A program made the translations under genes and the position numbers. The notes under the pieces are model-generated. The model searched no databases, had not been told where the DNA came from, and was given only the letters and a program-made list of their open reading frames with translations. From contig NW_013657618.1 of NCBI RefSeq assembly GCF_000142905.1, positions 149,086-213,085 on the forward strand: 64,000 bases of DNA. Direction: 5' to 3'. The stretch is from Thecamonas trahens ATCC 50062 (taxonomy: Eukaryota; Protista; Apusomonadida). Position 1 is the first letter of the stretch, and each line of letters opens with the position of its first letter. Of this stretch, positions 54,383 to 64,000 are shown one piece after another.

Positions 54383-56023
54383 ATGACCAAGATGAGCGCT
54401 GGCATGTTTGCGGCAGTTGTGGCGATGGCGGTGGTCCTCGCCTCTTCGGCGGACGGCTTTGAGGAGCTGACACTGACACTGCACGGATCAGGGACGACCA
54501 ACCCGTCGCGGCTGCTGTGGCTGACCGACTCGCTGGTGACGGCGCGGTCCAAGGTTCCCATCCACGCCACGTACCGTGCGGTGGGCTCGTCTGCAGGACG
54601 GAGCGAGTTTGTGAACAACTTGAACGATTACGCTGCGTCTGAGCTCCCGCTCTCGCCGAGCCAGTCCTCCGATGTGGCGAGCGACGGTGATGTTGCGCTG
54701 CACTTTCCGCTCCACATCGGAGCCATCGGCGTGTTTGTCAACCTTCCGACCGGGAGCAGCATTGCGCCGGGCGCGGCGGTTAACCTGACGGCAGCTGCAG
54801 CTGCGGGCATTTTCTCGCGAACCATCACCACGTGGGACGATGCTGCCATTGTGGGCGTCAACCCGGGGCTGACGGTGCCTGCCGGCGCGGCGATCACGGT
54901 TGTGCATCGTGTCTTTGGCTCGTCGTCGACCTCGCTGCTTGCGGAGTTCCTCAACGCCGCGGCGCCCTCGCAGTGGCTTGTCCGCTCGTCGGGCGGCGAT
55001 GCCGTTGCTGCTGTCCTCGACTGGCCGGCCGACACGGTCGGCGTCGAGGGCTCGAGCCAGATGGCGGCCAAGGTGGGTTCCACGCCCGGCTCTATCGGGT
55101 ACATGGACGCTGGCCACGGGATCGACGCTGGCCTCGCCGAAGTTGCGTTGCAGAACGCGGCCGGCCTGTTCCTCACCTCGGCCAAGGCCGACATTGCCGC
55201 CGCAGCCTCGGTGGCGCCGCTTCCGGCCAGCTCGGCCGACGCCTGGGACTCGGTCACGCTCGTCAATCAGCCGGGCACCACGACCTGGCCCATTGTCTCG
55301 TTCACATACCTTCTGCTGCGGCAGAACCAGACGCGGGGCGATACCAGCGGCGATGTGGTGTACGGCCAGCACCGCCAACAGCCGGACTCGGGCGCGCTGC
55401 TCAAGGCATACGCCGAGTTTCTCTTCTCCACTGAGGGCCAGGAGCTCGCGGCCAAGTTTGGGTTCACCAAGCTCCCGCAGACGGTCATCGACCTCAATGC
55501 TGCCGGCCTCGCCACCATCAGGCTCCATCCGGACGTCCCTGTCTTTGCCTTTGAGGAGTCGACCGACACCGTCAACGGTGCCAAGGAGCGGACCATCTCG
55601 GTCAAGCGGAAGAGCTACGAGCTGGTGGCGCTCGACGACCACGACGCCCAGCTGACGGCGGCGGCTGCGTCAATCGATGCCCTCACCACCAAGGTCGCTG
55701 CTCTCGAGGCGTCGGCTAGCTCGGGCTCGGGCACGGCGGCTATGGCCTCGTCATCGGGCTCGTCGTCGGACGACTCGACCACCGCCAACGTCGCCCTTGC
55801 CGTTGCCGCCATCGCCATCATCTTTGCCCTCGCCGCAGGCATCGTTGCCGCGCTCACCCTCCGCAAGCTCAGCGAGCTGCGGGCGGTCATCGATGCCGTC
55901 AACGACTCGCTCGTCCCAGGCAAGCGCTCGAACAAAGCCTCGCACAAGTACGTCAAGAACGAGCTCTCGCGCTCGGCCTCATCGGTCTACTCGGACGTCG
56001 AGCTCCGCAACGTCAACGTCTAA
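54383..56023 (+). CDS. PstS-like phosphate-binding protein with signal peptide, coiled-coil stalk, C-terminal TM and cytosolic tail
   Basis: LHGSGTT, YRAVGSSAG, DYAASE, IFSRTITTWDD.AI..NP, VHRVFGSSST, PGSIGY, WPIVSFTYLL. Confidence 0.9.
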   Translation: MTKMSAGMFAAVVAMAVVLASSADGFEELTLTLHGSGTTNPSRLLWLTDSLVTARSKVPIHATYRAVGSSAGRSEFVNNLNDYAASELPLSPSQSSDVASDGDVALHFPLHIGAIGVFVNLPTGSSIAPGAAVNLTAAAAAGIFSRTITTWDDAAIVGVNPGLTVPAGAAITVVHRVFGSSSTSLLAEFLNAAAPSQWLVRSSGGDAVAAVLDWPADTVGVEGSSQMAAKVGSTPGSIGYMDAGHGIDAGLAEVALQNAAGLFLTSAKADIAAAASVAPLPASSADAWDSVTLVNQPGTTTWPIVSFTYLLLRQNQTRGDTSGDVVYGQHRQQPDSGALLKAYAEFLFSTEGQELAAKFGFTKLPQTVIDLNAAGLATIRLHPDVPVFAFEESTDTVNGAKERTISVKRKSYELVALDDHDAQLTAAAASIDALTTKVAALEASASSGSGTAAMASSSGSSSDDSTTANVALAVAAIAIIFALAAGIVAALTLRKLSELRAVIDAVNDSLVPGKRSNKASHKYVKNELSRSASSVYSDVELRNVNV

Positions 56024-56583
56024 CCATTGAATGACGGCGCGCCGTTGATCCGCCACAGCAAAACGTGCCCCCCTCCCCCCGTATTGCCCGCCATCGTTCA
56101 CTGTTCACCTGACAGATTGTCTGCCGTCATCAGCCGCAGGCTGGCCGAGTCGCGGTTCGCCATGCTGGAGCCAACCGCGTTTCGCCACATTGGCCTCTCT
56201 TGACCAACGGGAGCCATACCTGACGCCAGCCGCAAACCCCTCACCTTTGTTGCGTGTGTGTGTCTGTGTGTGTTGACTCTCCACCTGTGTGTCACCCCTC
56301 CTCCTCTCCTCCTCCCCTCCCCCCCCCCCCCTCCCCGTCCCTACTCTTCCGCCTTGGTGGTGGTGGTGGTGGTGGTGCGAAAGCGTGACAAAGTCGCGAA
56401 GGCTTTTTTTTCCCCGCCAATTCTCGATTATTGTCAACGACACATAATCGTTGGCGAACAAGTTCTCCTGCATTGTGAGTGGAAACATTGTCATTAGGCG
56501 CCAACCTTCATTGTTGGCGGCTCACTTTCAACCAAGCTCTCTAGCCACAGCCATTCTCTATGCCGATCAACGCTTGCTCCCGC

Positions 56584-59500
56584 ATGCGTCTCGCGGTGCT
56601 GATGGCCGTGGTCGCCCTAGTCACACTCGCTGCTGGTGTGCAAGTGCCGTGCGACTCGGCGTTGCAGCCGTCGCAGCAGGTCATCTCGGGCTCAATCGAC
56701 TCGGCTGCGAGCATGGCTGTCATTGATTGCGACAAGGATGTGCCGCCGCCGCCTGGCCCGCTCGGTGCCGGGCTCGATTTCAACGACGTTGTCGTCGCGG
56801 GCTACGACTCGTGGCAAGTCGAGTGGATCCAGAACACAGGCGTCGGACTCGGCTGGGTCAAGAGGCCCAACTCGAAGATTGCCGACATGAGGAATGCTCG
56901 CTTCGTGTACGCCATCGCCACCTCGACCCTCAGCGCAGTGCCAAGTCTGGTGGCGTGCAACGGGTACCTTGGCGAGCAAGTTGGCGACTTTGCCCACTGG
57001 TGCTCGCACTTTGTCGGCGACAACAGCGGCAACTTTGCCGAGACGGTCTTTGCGTCGAACATGCGGCGACTGCTGCATGTCGACCACGCTGATGTGAGCG
57101 GCGACAGTTTCAGCGACGTGGTGACACTAGAAGGACCGTCACTCTCCCCGTATGGCACTAGTTTTCGGTTCACGGCCTTTACCGACAACGGCGCTGGCGG
57201 CTATAGCACGACTAAGAACGTGCTCGGCGATTCGGGATCGGTGCCGGGGCTTTTTGGCGCGACGACGTTTGCGCTTGGTGACGTGACCGGCGACTCACAG
57301 ACTGACATTGTGTACGGCACGTATGGCGGCGCCAACTTGCTCGCGTACCTGCCATGGAGCTCATCGCTCACCTTTGGCGCACCAGTGCCGATCCTCGGCT
57401 CTGGCGTCGGACTCACACTCTCGGTGCAGGTTGGCGATTTCGACGGCGACGGAGATACCGATGTTGTTCATTGCAACGCGGCGAGCGAGCTGCGGTGGTT
57501 TGAGAACACCGCCGGCGACGGAACGACGTGGACGGCGCGGGCCTTCCCGTTCGAGCTCCCAGTCTCGTACATGTACGTCAACGACGTCGACAACGACGGC
57601 GACCTGGACCTGGTGCTGTCGTCGCAGAACGTGAACAATCTGTTCTGGGTGGCGAACCGGTACGACAGCGGGGGAGCAGGGCGGACCAAGGACGAGGCGT
57701 GGGGCGTGCTCCGCTCGATTGCGCTCTGCAACGGGTGCGGAACTGTGACAATGGGCGACCTCGATACCGATGGCGACGACGACATTGTGGCCGCGGCTTC
57801 GTTTGTCGACACGGTTTCCGGCTACCTTCTCAACCCGCTCGACCCGCTGCAGTACTCGTTTGTGGCGGCCGGGCTTGGGGCACCGGGCATGATCCGCCCG
57901 TTCGACGCCGACGGTGATGGCGACACCGACGTTGTGGCTGCGATTGGTTCGCCGGACAACGGCGTGTTTCTCTTCCAGAACAGCGACGGGCTTGGTGGCG
58001 CATGGGCAACGCCAACTCGTGTCGGCGGTCCCCTTTTCGAGCCTGAGACGGCGATCGCGGTCGACCTTGACCTGGATGGCGACGCCGATGTTGTTGCCTC
58101 GTCTGCTACCAACAGCACCCTGGTCTACGCCGTCAACAACGGCGGAATCTTTGAGATCAGCTCGTGGAGCGGTGAGATCTCGACGTCGACTGCCGCGTTG
58201 GTGGTCGCCGCAGTCGACGTCGAGATTGATGGCGACATGGACTTGGTCGGCATCGACGAGCCGGATGCCGTCTTTCTCGTCAAGAACATGTTTGTCGAGA
58301 CGGGGACGCTCTCGTTTGGCCCTGTGACGACATTGTACTCCAACGCCGGAAGCGACCTGGTGTACATGCTGGTGCGCGATCTTAACGACGACGGCTACGG
58401 CGATGTGGTGTTCTCGGACACGGGGACTAGCTCGATCAAGTGGCTGGTCAATGACAACGGCGGGTACCCTTCTCCGCCGCTGACGCTGCGGACCAGTGCG
58501 CAACAGGTTGGCGAGTTTGTGCTTGGCGACCTCACTGGCGACGGGCTGCTCGACCTTGTGTTCCACACGCGCGGGACGCCAAATCCATTTGCGAGCAAGT
58601 ACTCGCTGTCGCGGGCGAACAACGTCGGAAGCGCGTCGTCGCCGGTCTTCCTCACTCCCCAACCTGTTGACTCACAGATCTCACTGTTTGTCGAGTCGGA
58701 CCAGACCAATGTTGGACTCACGATTGCTGACATCGACGGCGACAACGTGATGGACATTGTGGTGGAGGGCTCGTTTGCATCTGTCATTGTGTACTTTCCT
58801 GGTCCCACCTACGCGCCTCGCCCTGTGTCAGTGACTAACCCCGACGTGAGCATGCGGTTTGTGCTCAGCGACTTTAATCTCGACGGCGCGGTCGACTTTC
58901 TCATCGGCCTCTCCTCGCAGATTGGGTGGATTCCGGGCCTCTCGATCTTTTCGCCCGAGCTCCCACGACCTGGGGTGACACGAACGGTCCAGGTTGCAAA
59001 GTGCGGGTACACTATGTCGTGCGTGGCCGCGACACTGCTGGAGGCGTCGGGATGTGCGACAACGACGGTGGTGATGCCTACCGGTCTGTACCGCGGATGC
59101 TTCTCAGCGAAGCTGTTCCCGCTCTTCAAGTCTGTGACGATCCTCGGGATGGACTCAACGATTGACTGCAGCGCCGACGGCGGCGGTGGCCTGTTTGACA
59201 TCCGCGAGGGTGCCGTGGTGTCACTGCAGGACCTGACGATCATTGGGGCGGTGTCTATCCCGTCGGACGCCGAGTCGGTGGCGGCCATTCGTGTGACCGG
59301 CACCGGCTCATCGCTAGCGCTGAGCGACGTGACGCTGCGTGGATGCTCGAATAGGCTGGCTGAAGACCGGACAGTGTTCCAGGTCAATGCCGGCATGGGC
59401 GGCGCGGTGCTTGTTGAGCTTGGGGCGTCGATCACCGCTCTGCGGACGGTGTTTGAGCAGAACGTGGCCGGTGACTCTGGCGGTGGGCTGGCGGTCATTG

Positions 59501-62500
59501 GATCGGCGTCGAGTGTGAGCCTGACAGACGTCACCTTTGATTCCAACACGGCGACGGGCTCGGGCGGCGGCTTGCTGATTCTTGGATCGGGCTCGGGGAG
59601 CGTTGCGGTGACGATGTCAGGCGTAACACTGACCAACAATGTGGCAAACGGCGGGACCGAGGGCTACGGCTCGGGCTCGGGCGGCGGCGCGCTGCTCATA
59701 TCCGAGTCGACCACACTTGTGCTTGATGTCGACTGGAGTGGTGGATCGAGCACAATCTCGGGCAACTCGGCGAGCGGAGCTGGAGGCGGACTGGCGGTGG
59801 TCGGGCCAGCGGTGGATGTGACTGTTGACGCACCGGTTGTGGTGAGCGGCAATACCGGTGTGTGGGGTGGTGGCGTGACTGTGTTTGCGACAGTCGATGC
59901 GCTACCGAGCCCGGCGGCATCTTCCAGCCTGGCGGCGGCGCCGGCGGCGGGTGACGTGTCCGGAGCCGCGGTCTTTAACGGAGCGATGACAATGACCGAC
60001 AACAGCGCGAGCTACGGCGGCTCGTTGGCACTTTGCGGAGTGCCTGTCAGCTTGAGCGCAGCCGCAAGCTCGAGCGTGAGCGGCAGCAGCGCGAGCCGCA
60101 GCGGCGGTGGCGTGTTTGTCTGCTTGCCAGCGGGCACGCTGCCACTTGCGGACGCGGACAACCCTCCGGCGGCGCGTTCGATTGAGGATATACCGTGGCT
60201 TGCACTTGGCGGCGGGGTGCTGCCGTCGGCGCTGTTCAGCGGGTCAGTTGCGAGTGGGTTTGGCCCCATTGTTGCTTCGCCGCCGCGGACACTGGCGTGG
60301 AGCGGGAGCGGGGCGCGGAGTCTCGGCCCGCTCGACCGCGCGACAGGCTTCAGCCTCGGTACCGAGGCCGCCGTCGGCCTTGCGGACGTGTTCGGACAGA
60401 CGGTAATTGATGCCGGTATTCGCCTCTCGATGGGCGTGCCGTTGAGTGCCCCGGGCGGCGTGGTGCTTGCCGGCGGCGATCGGTCGCGGCTGATGGACGG
60501 GGCGGTAGTCTCGTTTGCAACGGTCAAGGCACTCGCGGTCGACAGCAACGCGCTGGACGGACTCAGCTCGGTGACGTACCCGCTCGAAGTGAGTGTGGCC
60601 AACGCACCGACCGTGGCAAAGGTGACGCTGACGGTGCAGATCCGGTCGTGCGGACTCGGCGAGGGCCTTGTCTCGCCTAGCGGGCTCCCGCTCGAGTGCA
60701 CCGTGTGCTCGGAAGGCACGTTCTCGAATGCGGTATCGCTGGAGGCATGCGTGGCGTGTCCGGTGGGTGCGTTCAACCTCAAGAAGGGGGCAACGTCGTG
60801 CGAGTCATGTCCAGCGAACGCGTTCCGCGATGTCGAGAGCAACAACGCGACGTCTGCGGGGAGCACTGTGCCGTGCGTGTGCAAGGTAGGATTCTTTGCG
60901 CTAGGTGGGTTGACGAATGTGGCGTGTCGGGCGTGTCCCCAAGGTGCATTGTGTGCGGGTGGGACGGAGGCGCCCAGGGCGTTGCCAGGTTTCTACCCCG
61001 ATGCGACTGGGACAACTTTCATGGAGTGCGCGAATCGGGACGCATGTCTCGCTGGCGGGCAGTGTGCGACAGGGTACGGCAAGCGCGGGTGCGCCGAGTG
61101 CGTGAGCGGGTACTTTAGGCTAGGCGAGCGATGCCTCAAGTGCGCCAATACGAGCGAGCTTGTGCTGCTGCTGATGGTTGTGGCGGCATTTGCGCTTGTG
61201 GCCTTGTTGGTGTATCTCAACACGCGGACGTCGCTGTCGTACAAGTTTGCAGCGGCAATGATTGGGCTCAACTCGCTGCAGATCACGGCTATCTACGCAA
61301 ACCTATCGCTGGACTGGGGTAAGTTTGCTCAGACGTACTTTGGCATCATCTCGTTTGTCAACCTCAACTTTGACCTCGCGTCGCCCGAGTGCACGTCGTC
61401 GTCTATGGACGTGTACATGTTCAAGTGGTGGACAACGATGCTGCTGCCTGTCCTGTTCTTGGTGCCGTTTGGGGTTGTGGGCGGGGTGGCGGCAATGATC
61501 ATCTCGATGCGGAACAAGAAGGCCGAGGCGCGGGCACTGGCGAATGAGAGCTGCGAAATGGACGAGGCGAGTGGGAGCGAGCCGCTGACGATTGGGGCGC
61601 TGAAGGATGCGATTGTGCGGTCGTACTACCAGCTGTTGGTGCTGCTGTACCTGCCACTTACATCGATGGCGCTGACGTACTTTGGGTGCCGCAAGGAGCG
61701 TGACGGGACGTGGGTCCTCGACACGGCGCCGTCGCGAACATGCTTCAACTCACCGTATTGGGCGGTCTTTCCTTTTGCAGTCGTCTTTTTCGTCATCTAC
61801 TGCATGGCGATTCCGCTGGGAGTGTTCTGGCTCCTGCGGCGGAAGCACTCTGACGCCAGCGAGGGCGACGGAATGGGCCTGGTGGTCTTCCAGCTCCGGT
61901 ACGGGTTCCTTGTGGGCCGGTTCCGCGACGAGCAGTACTACTTTGAGTGCAACATCATGCTACGCAAGTTTGCGGTTGTATTTGTGACGACGTTCTTCTT
62001 TGCGGCCGAGGCCAAGGCGAACGCGGCAGTGTTTGCGCTCGCCGGCTCGCTTGTCCAGCTTGTACTCACACAGCCGTACCTGGCCAAGTTCCACAATGTG
62101 CTCGCGGTGACATGCCTCACATCGTGTTTGGCAGTGCTGGAAGGAGGCACATTCCGCAACGGGACGATGCGTGCGCTGGTTGTTGTGACGGCGATCCTCA
62201 TCAACATCCTCGCCATCTTTGTGGGCAACGCTATTGACCTCTGGCGGATCCGGGGCAAAGAGGCAAAGGCCGATGATGAGTTCTACACGACAGGTACGTT
62301 CCGCATGGCATCCGACGCCTCACTAGTCGACGACGTGGCACGGTCGCGCGAGGCCGAAGCGTCGATGGAGATGGACACGATGCTGTCGATCCAGGGCGGT
62401 GCGGGGAGCCTGCAGACGGTCGGGACTGGGCCAGTCGGATCGGCTCGCACGGATGACTTGCCGACAGCGACGTCGTCGGCCGGCGCGCAGAGCATGATGA

Positions 62501-62943
62501 TGTCGTCGGACCTGTCGACAATGGGGTACTCGTCGATGATTGGGTCGCAGCAGCAGCCCGATTCGGTGATGCTCACGCCGCCGCCGCCGGTGCCGGCGCA
62601 GCCAGCCAGCTCGACGCAGCCGCGGCGTGTGTCGGCGGCGCCCATACCCGCGCCGCCGGTGCCGTCTGTGACGGCGGCGACGCCGATGCCGATGCCGGCA
62701 GCGGCAGCACCGGCCCGGCCGGCGAAGAAGCCACAGCTCCCGCCGGCGCGTCCGAGCCACAAGCCGCAGCTCCCGCCGAGCGAGGTGCCGGCGCCCGCGT
62801 CCGTACCCACGCCCGCGCCCACGCCCGCGCCCGCGCCCGCACCTCCACCGGTGCGGCCGGCGCGGCCGGCGCGGCCTGGCGCGGCGCCATCGCGGCCTGT
62901 CCGGCCGTCGCACATCAACGTTAACGTAGAGAAGGAGGAGTAA
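56584..62943 (+). CDS. Giant surface receptor-like protein: signal peptide, FG-GAP/VCBS repeats, beta-helix (GG-rich repeats), Cys-rich repeats, multi-pass TM region, Pro-rich tail
   Basis: Many DxDxDGDxD motifs; N.A...GGG repeats; C..C..G.F repeats; TM region with RYGFLVGRFR...YYFE...LRK; PxxP-rich C-terminus. Confidence 0.9.
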   Translation: MRLAVLMAVVALVTLAAGVQVPCDSALQPSQQVISGSIDSAASMAVIDCDKDVPPPPGPLGAGLDFNDVVVAGYDSWQVEWIQNTGVGLGWVKRPNSKIADMRNARFVYAIATSTLSAVPSLVACNGYLGEQVGDFAHWCSHFVGDNSGNFAETVFASNMRRLLHVDHADVSGDSFSDVVTLEGPSLSPYGTSFRFTAFTDNGAGGYSTTKNVLGDSGSVPGLFGATTFALGDVTGDSQTDIVYGTYGGANLLAYLPWSSSLTFGAPVPILGSGVGLTLSVQVGDFDGDGDTDVVHCNAASELRWFENTAGDGTTWTARAFPFELPVSYMYVNDVDNDGDLDLVLSSQNVNNLFWVANRYDSGGAGRTKDEAWGVLRSIALCNGCGTVTMGDLDTDGDDDIVAAASFVDTVSGYLLNPLDPLQYSFVAAGLGAPGMIRPFDADGDGDTDVVAAIGSPDNGVFLFQNSDGLGGAWATPTRVGGPLFEPETAIAVDLDLDGDADVVASSATNSTLVYAVNNGGIFEISSWSGEISTSTAALVVAAVDVEIDGDMDLVGIDEPDAVFLVKNMFVETGTLSFGPVTTLYSNAGSDLVYMLVRDLNDDGYGDVVFSDTGTSSIKWLVNDNGGYPSPPLTLRTSAQQVGEFVLGDLTGDGLLDLVFHTRGTPNPFASKYSLSRANNVGSASSPVFLTPQPVDSQISLFVESDQTNVGLTIADIDGDNVMDIVVEGSFASVIVYFPGPTYAPRPVSVTNPDVSMRFVLSDFNLDGAVDFLIGLSSQIGWIPGLSIFSPELPRPGVTRTVQVAKCGYTMSCVAATLLEASGCATTTVVMPTGLYRGCFSAKLFPLFKSVTILGMDSTIDCSADGGGGLFDIREGAVVSLQDLTIIGAVSIPSDAESVAAIRVTGTGSSLALSDVTLRGCSNRLAEDRTVFQVNAGMGGAVLVELGASITALRTVFEQNVAGDSGGGLAVIGSASSVSLTDVTFDSNTATGSGGGLLILGSGSGSVAVTMSGVTLTNNVANGGTEGYGSGSGGGALLISESTTLVLDVDWSGGSSTISGNSASGAGGGLAVVGPAVDVTVDAPVVVSGNTGVWGGGVTVFATVDALPSPAASSSLAAAPAAGDVSGAAVFNGAMTMTDNSASYGGSLALCGVPVSLSAAASSSVSGSSASRSGGGVFVCLPAGTLPLADADNPPAARSIEDIPWLALGGGVLPSALFSGSVASGFGPIVASPPRTLAWSGSGARSLGPLDRATGFSLGTEAAVGLADVFGQTVIDAGIRLSMGVPLSAPGGVVLAGGDRSRLMDGAVVSFATVKALAVDSNALDGLSSVTYPLEVSVANAPTVAKVTLTVQIRSCGLGEGLVSPSGLPLECTVCSEGTFSNAVSLEACVACPVGAFNLKKGATSCESCPANAFRDVESNNATSAGSTVPCVCKVGFFALGGLTNVACRACPQGALCAGGTEAPRALPGFYPDATGTTFMECANRDACLAGGQCATGYGKRGCAECVSGYFRLGERCLKCANTSELVLLLMVVAAFALVALLVYLNTRTSLSYKFAAAMIGLNSLQITAIYANLSLDWGKFAQTYFGIISFVNLNFDLASPECTSSSMDVYMFKWWTTMLLPVLFLVPFGVVGGVAAMIISMRNKKAEARALANESCEMDEASGSEPLTIGALKDAIVRSYYQLLVLLYLPLTSMALTYFGCRKERDGTWVLDTAPSRTCFNSPYWAVFPFAVVFFVIYCMAIPLGVFWLLRRKHSDASEGDGMGLVVFQLRYGFLVGRFRDEQYYFECNIMLRKFAVVFVTTFFFAAEAKANAAVFALAGSLVQLVLTQPYLAKFHNVLAVTCLTSCLAVLEGGTFRNGTMRALVVVTAILINILAIFVGNAIDLWRIRGKEAKADDEFYTTGTFRMASDASLVDDVARSREAEASMEMDTMLSIQGGAGSLQTVGTGPVGSARTDDLPTATSSAGAQSMMMSSDLSTMGYSSMIGSQQQPDSVMLTPPPPVPAQPASSTQPRRVSAAPIPAPPVPSVTAATPMPMPAAAAPARPAKKPQLPPARPSHKPQLPPSEVPAPASVPTPAPTPAPAPAPPPVRPARPARPGAAPSRPVRPSHINVNVEKEE

Positions 62944-63117
62944 CACTAGTTGCGGCCAGGGCGAACAAGCACAGCAGTAGTCCGACAGAGCAGGAGCCCA
63001 TCCGCCCACCCATGTGACAACGATGCGCCAGCAGGAACGGCTGGCGATGAACGGACCGGCGGAGGCTGTGTTGGGCAAGGCCAGGGAAGGGAGGGGAGGA
63101 GAGGGTTGGAGGGCAGA

Positions 63118-63284
63118 CTAGTAGTAGTTTTCATTGGTGTGGCTATCCGGATGCATCGTCTCCAAGGCCCTGTCGATGGCTAGCTTCCTCTCGGTGGTGT
63201 TCGAGTTGGTCAGTCGGCGGCGGGCGGCGGTCAGCGGCGAGCAGCCGGCGGTCGGCAGCGATGCTGTTGACGGGTTGGCGTCGG
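63118..63284 (-). CDS. Putative terminal exon of an unidentified gene whose start lies to the right
   Basis: TACTCAC branch-like motif (about 63342-63336), AG-free tract, CAG acceptor, then 55 codons with GC-rich third positions ending in TAG. Confidence 0.4.
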
Positions 63285-64000
63285 CTGATGTGCGTATCGG
63301 CGGGCAGGGAGTGGATGGTTATGTTTGCAGGGATAGTGAGTACGTGTGGTGTGAGTGTGGTGGTTATGGGTGAGAATGGTGGGGAGTGGGAGTCGGAGAT
63401 GGGCCCGGGGAGGGGGGGTGAGCAGCTTCGAAGGGACACAGGGCCAACAACTTGGGCCTCGGGTGGCAGAACTCGGATTCTGGAAAACTGCAACTGTGGA
63501 TTGGAGACTGTGCAAGGGGGTAGTGTGGGCGTGCAGTAGGGTAGTAGTGAAATCAGATTGGGCATATCTTGTAATGAGTGTAGTGGGGGCATGTGCGGGG
63601 TCGGGCGGTCGAGGACGTGCTCAACCGCCTAGGGCAAACAAGTCGACGCGGAAATGAGCCGAGGTCGATGGGTATGGACGACAGCGATATTTGTACTGGT
63701 AATAGTATGCGGCGGGTGATGACCTTGAGCGTGAACGCGGGTTGCGTAGCTGATGGTGGGTGGGAGCTAGGTGGTGATGAAGGTGGGCTGATCGGGCGAG
63801 CGGGCGGCGGCTGGCGGCTGGTGGTCGGCGAGGCCGGGGCAGCAGAGGGGGCTGGGTCGGGGCTGGATGGCTTGAGATTGCCGTTGGTTGGTAGATGGGC
63901 AGTATGGCATGTGATGGTTGGGGGGTGTGAGTGTCGGGGTCGGGGATGAGGATGTAGCAACTGGAGCGGGGAGAGGAGGAGGATGAGGAGGAAGAGGAAG

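Noticed and set aside
54383-56023. Bacterial contamination or operon
   Set aside because: No pstCAB neighbours, eukaryotic membrane topology, codon style like the flanking genes
56584-59000. Integrin alpha
   Set aside because: Has FG-GAP-like repeats but is multi-pass, with no single TM + GFFKR tail
1-64000. Numerous long antisense or alternate-frame ORFs; transposases, tRNA and rRNA
   Set aside because: Shadow ORFs are expected from high GC at third codon positions; no transposase, reverse transcriptase, integrase, cloverleaf or rRNA motifs were recognised

Overview
GC-rich, gene-dense, intron-poor eukaryotic nuclear DNA with no prokaryotic, CRISPR, rRNA, tRNA or transposon features that I can support. 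Gene content and style suggest an apusomonad protist such as Thecamonas; this is inference only. There are about 24 protein genes: CUEDC2-like, COX5B, MRE11 (5' end lost in a 100-N gap), an MLO-EF-hand fusion, a Sec6-domain protein, a Yhm2-like mitochondrial carrier, ATG12, a sterol desaturase/fatty-acid hydroxylase, an F-box-like/ankyrin protein, RAB3GAP1, UTP10/HEATR1, a HeH/LEM-2TM-PPP phosphatase fusion, a SYP7-type SNARE, a PARP4-like PARP, an atypical Ras-PH-FN3 protein, INTS4, an SH3-PH protein, PPP1R36-like, an ER-type JmjC protein, a bacterial-type membrane hydrolase, SEC61 gamma, a C2 protein with a triplicated domain, a membrane-anchored PstS-like protein and a giant FG-GAP multi-pass receptor-like protein. 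Nine coding introns were resolved by hand with phase checks. Main observations: (1) introns use GTAYG donors and an RCTCAC branch-like motif that can sit up to about 490 nt from the acceptor, with the gap filled by AG-free tandem repeats; (2) a LEM/HeH + 2TM + phosphatase architecture; (3) five to six reading-frame breaks, all in the -1 direction, in otherwise intact genes, one on an A_AAA_AAG heptamer followed by a stem-loop (assembly error is the leading explanation); (4) repeats concentrated at gene 5' ends while convergent 3' ends abut or overlap. All family assignments come from recognised motifs, not database searches.
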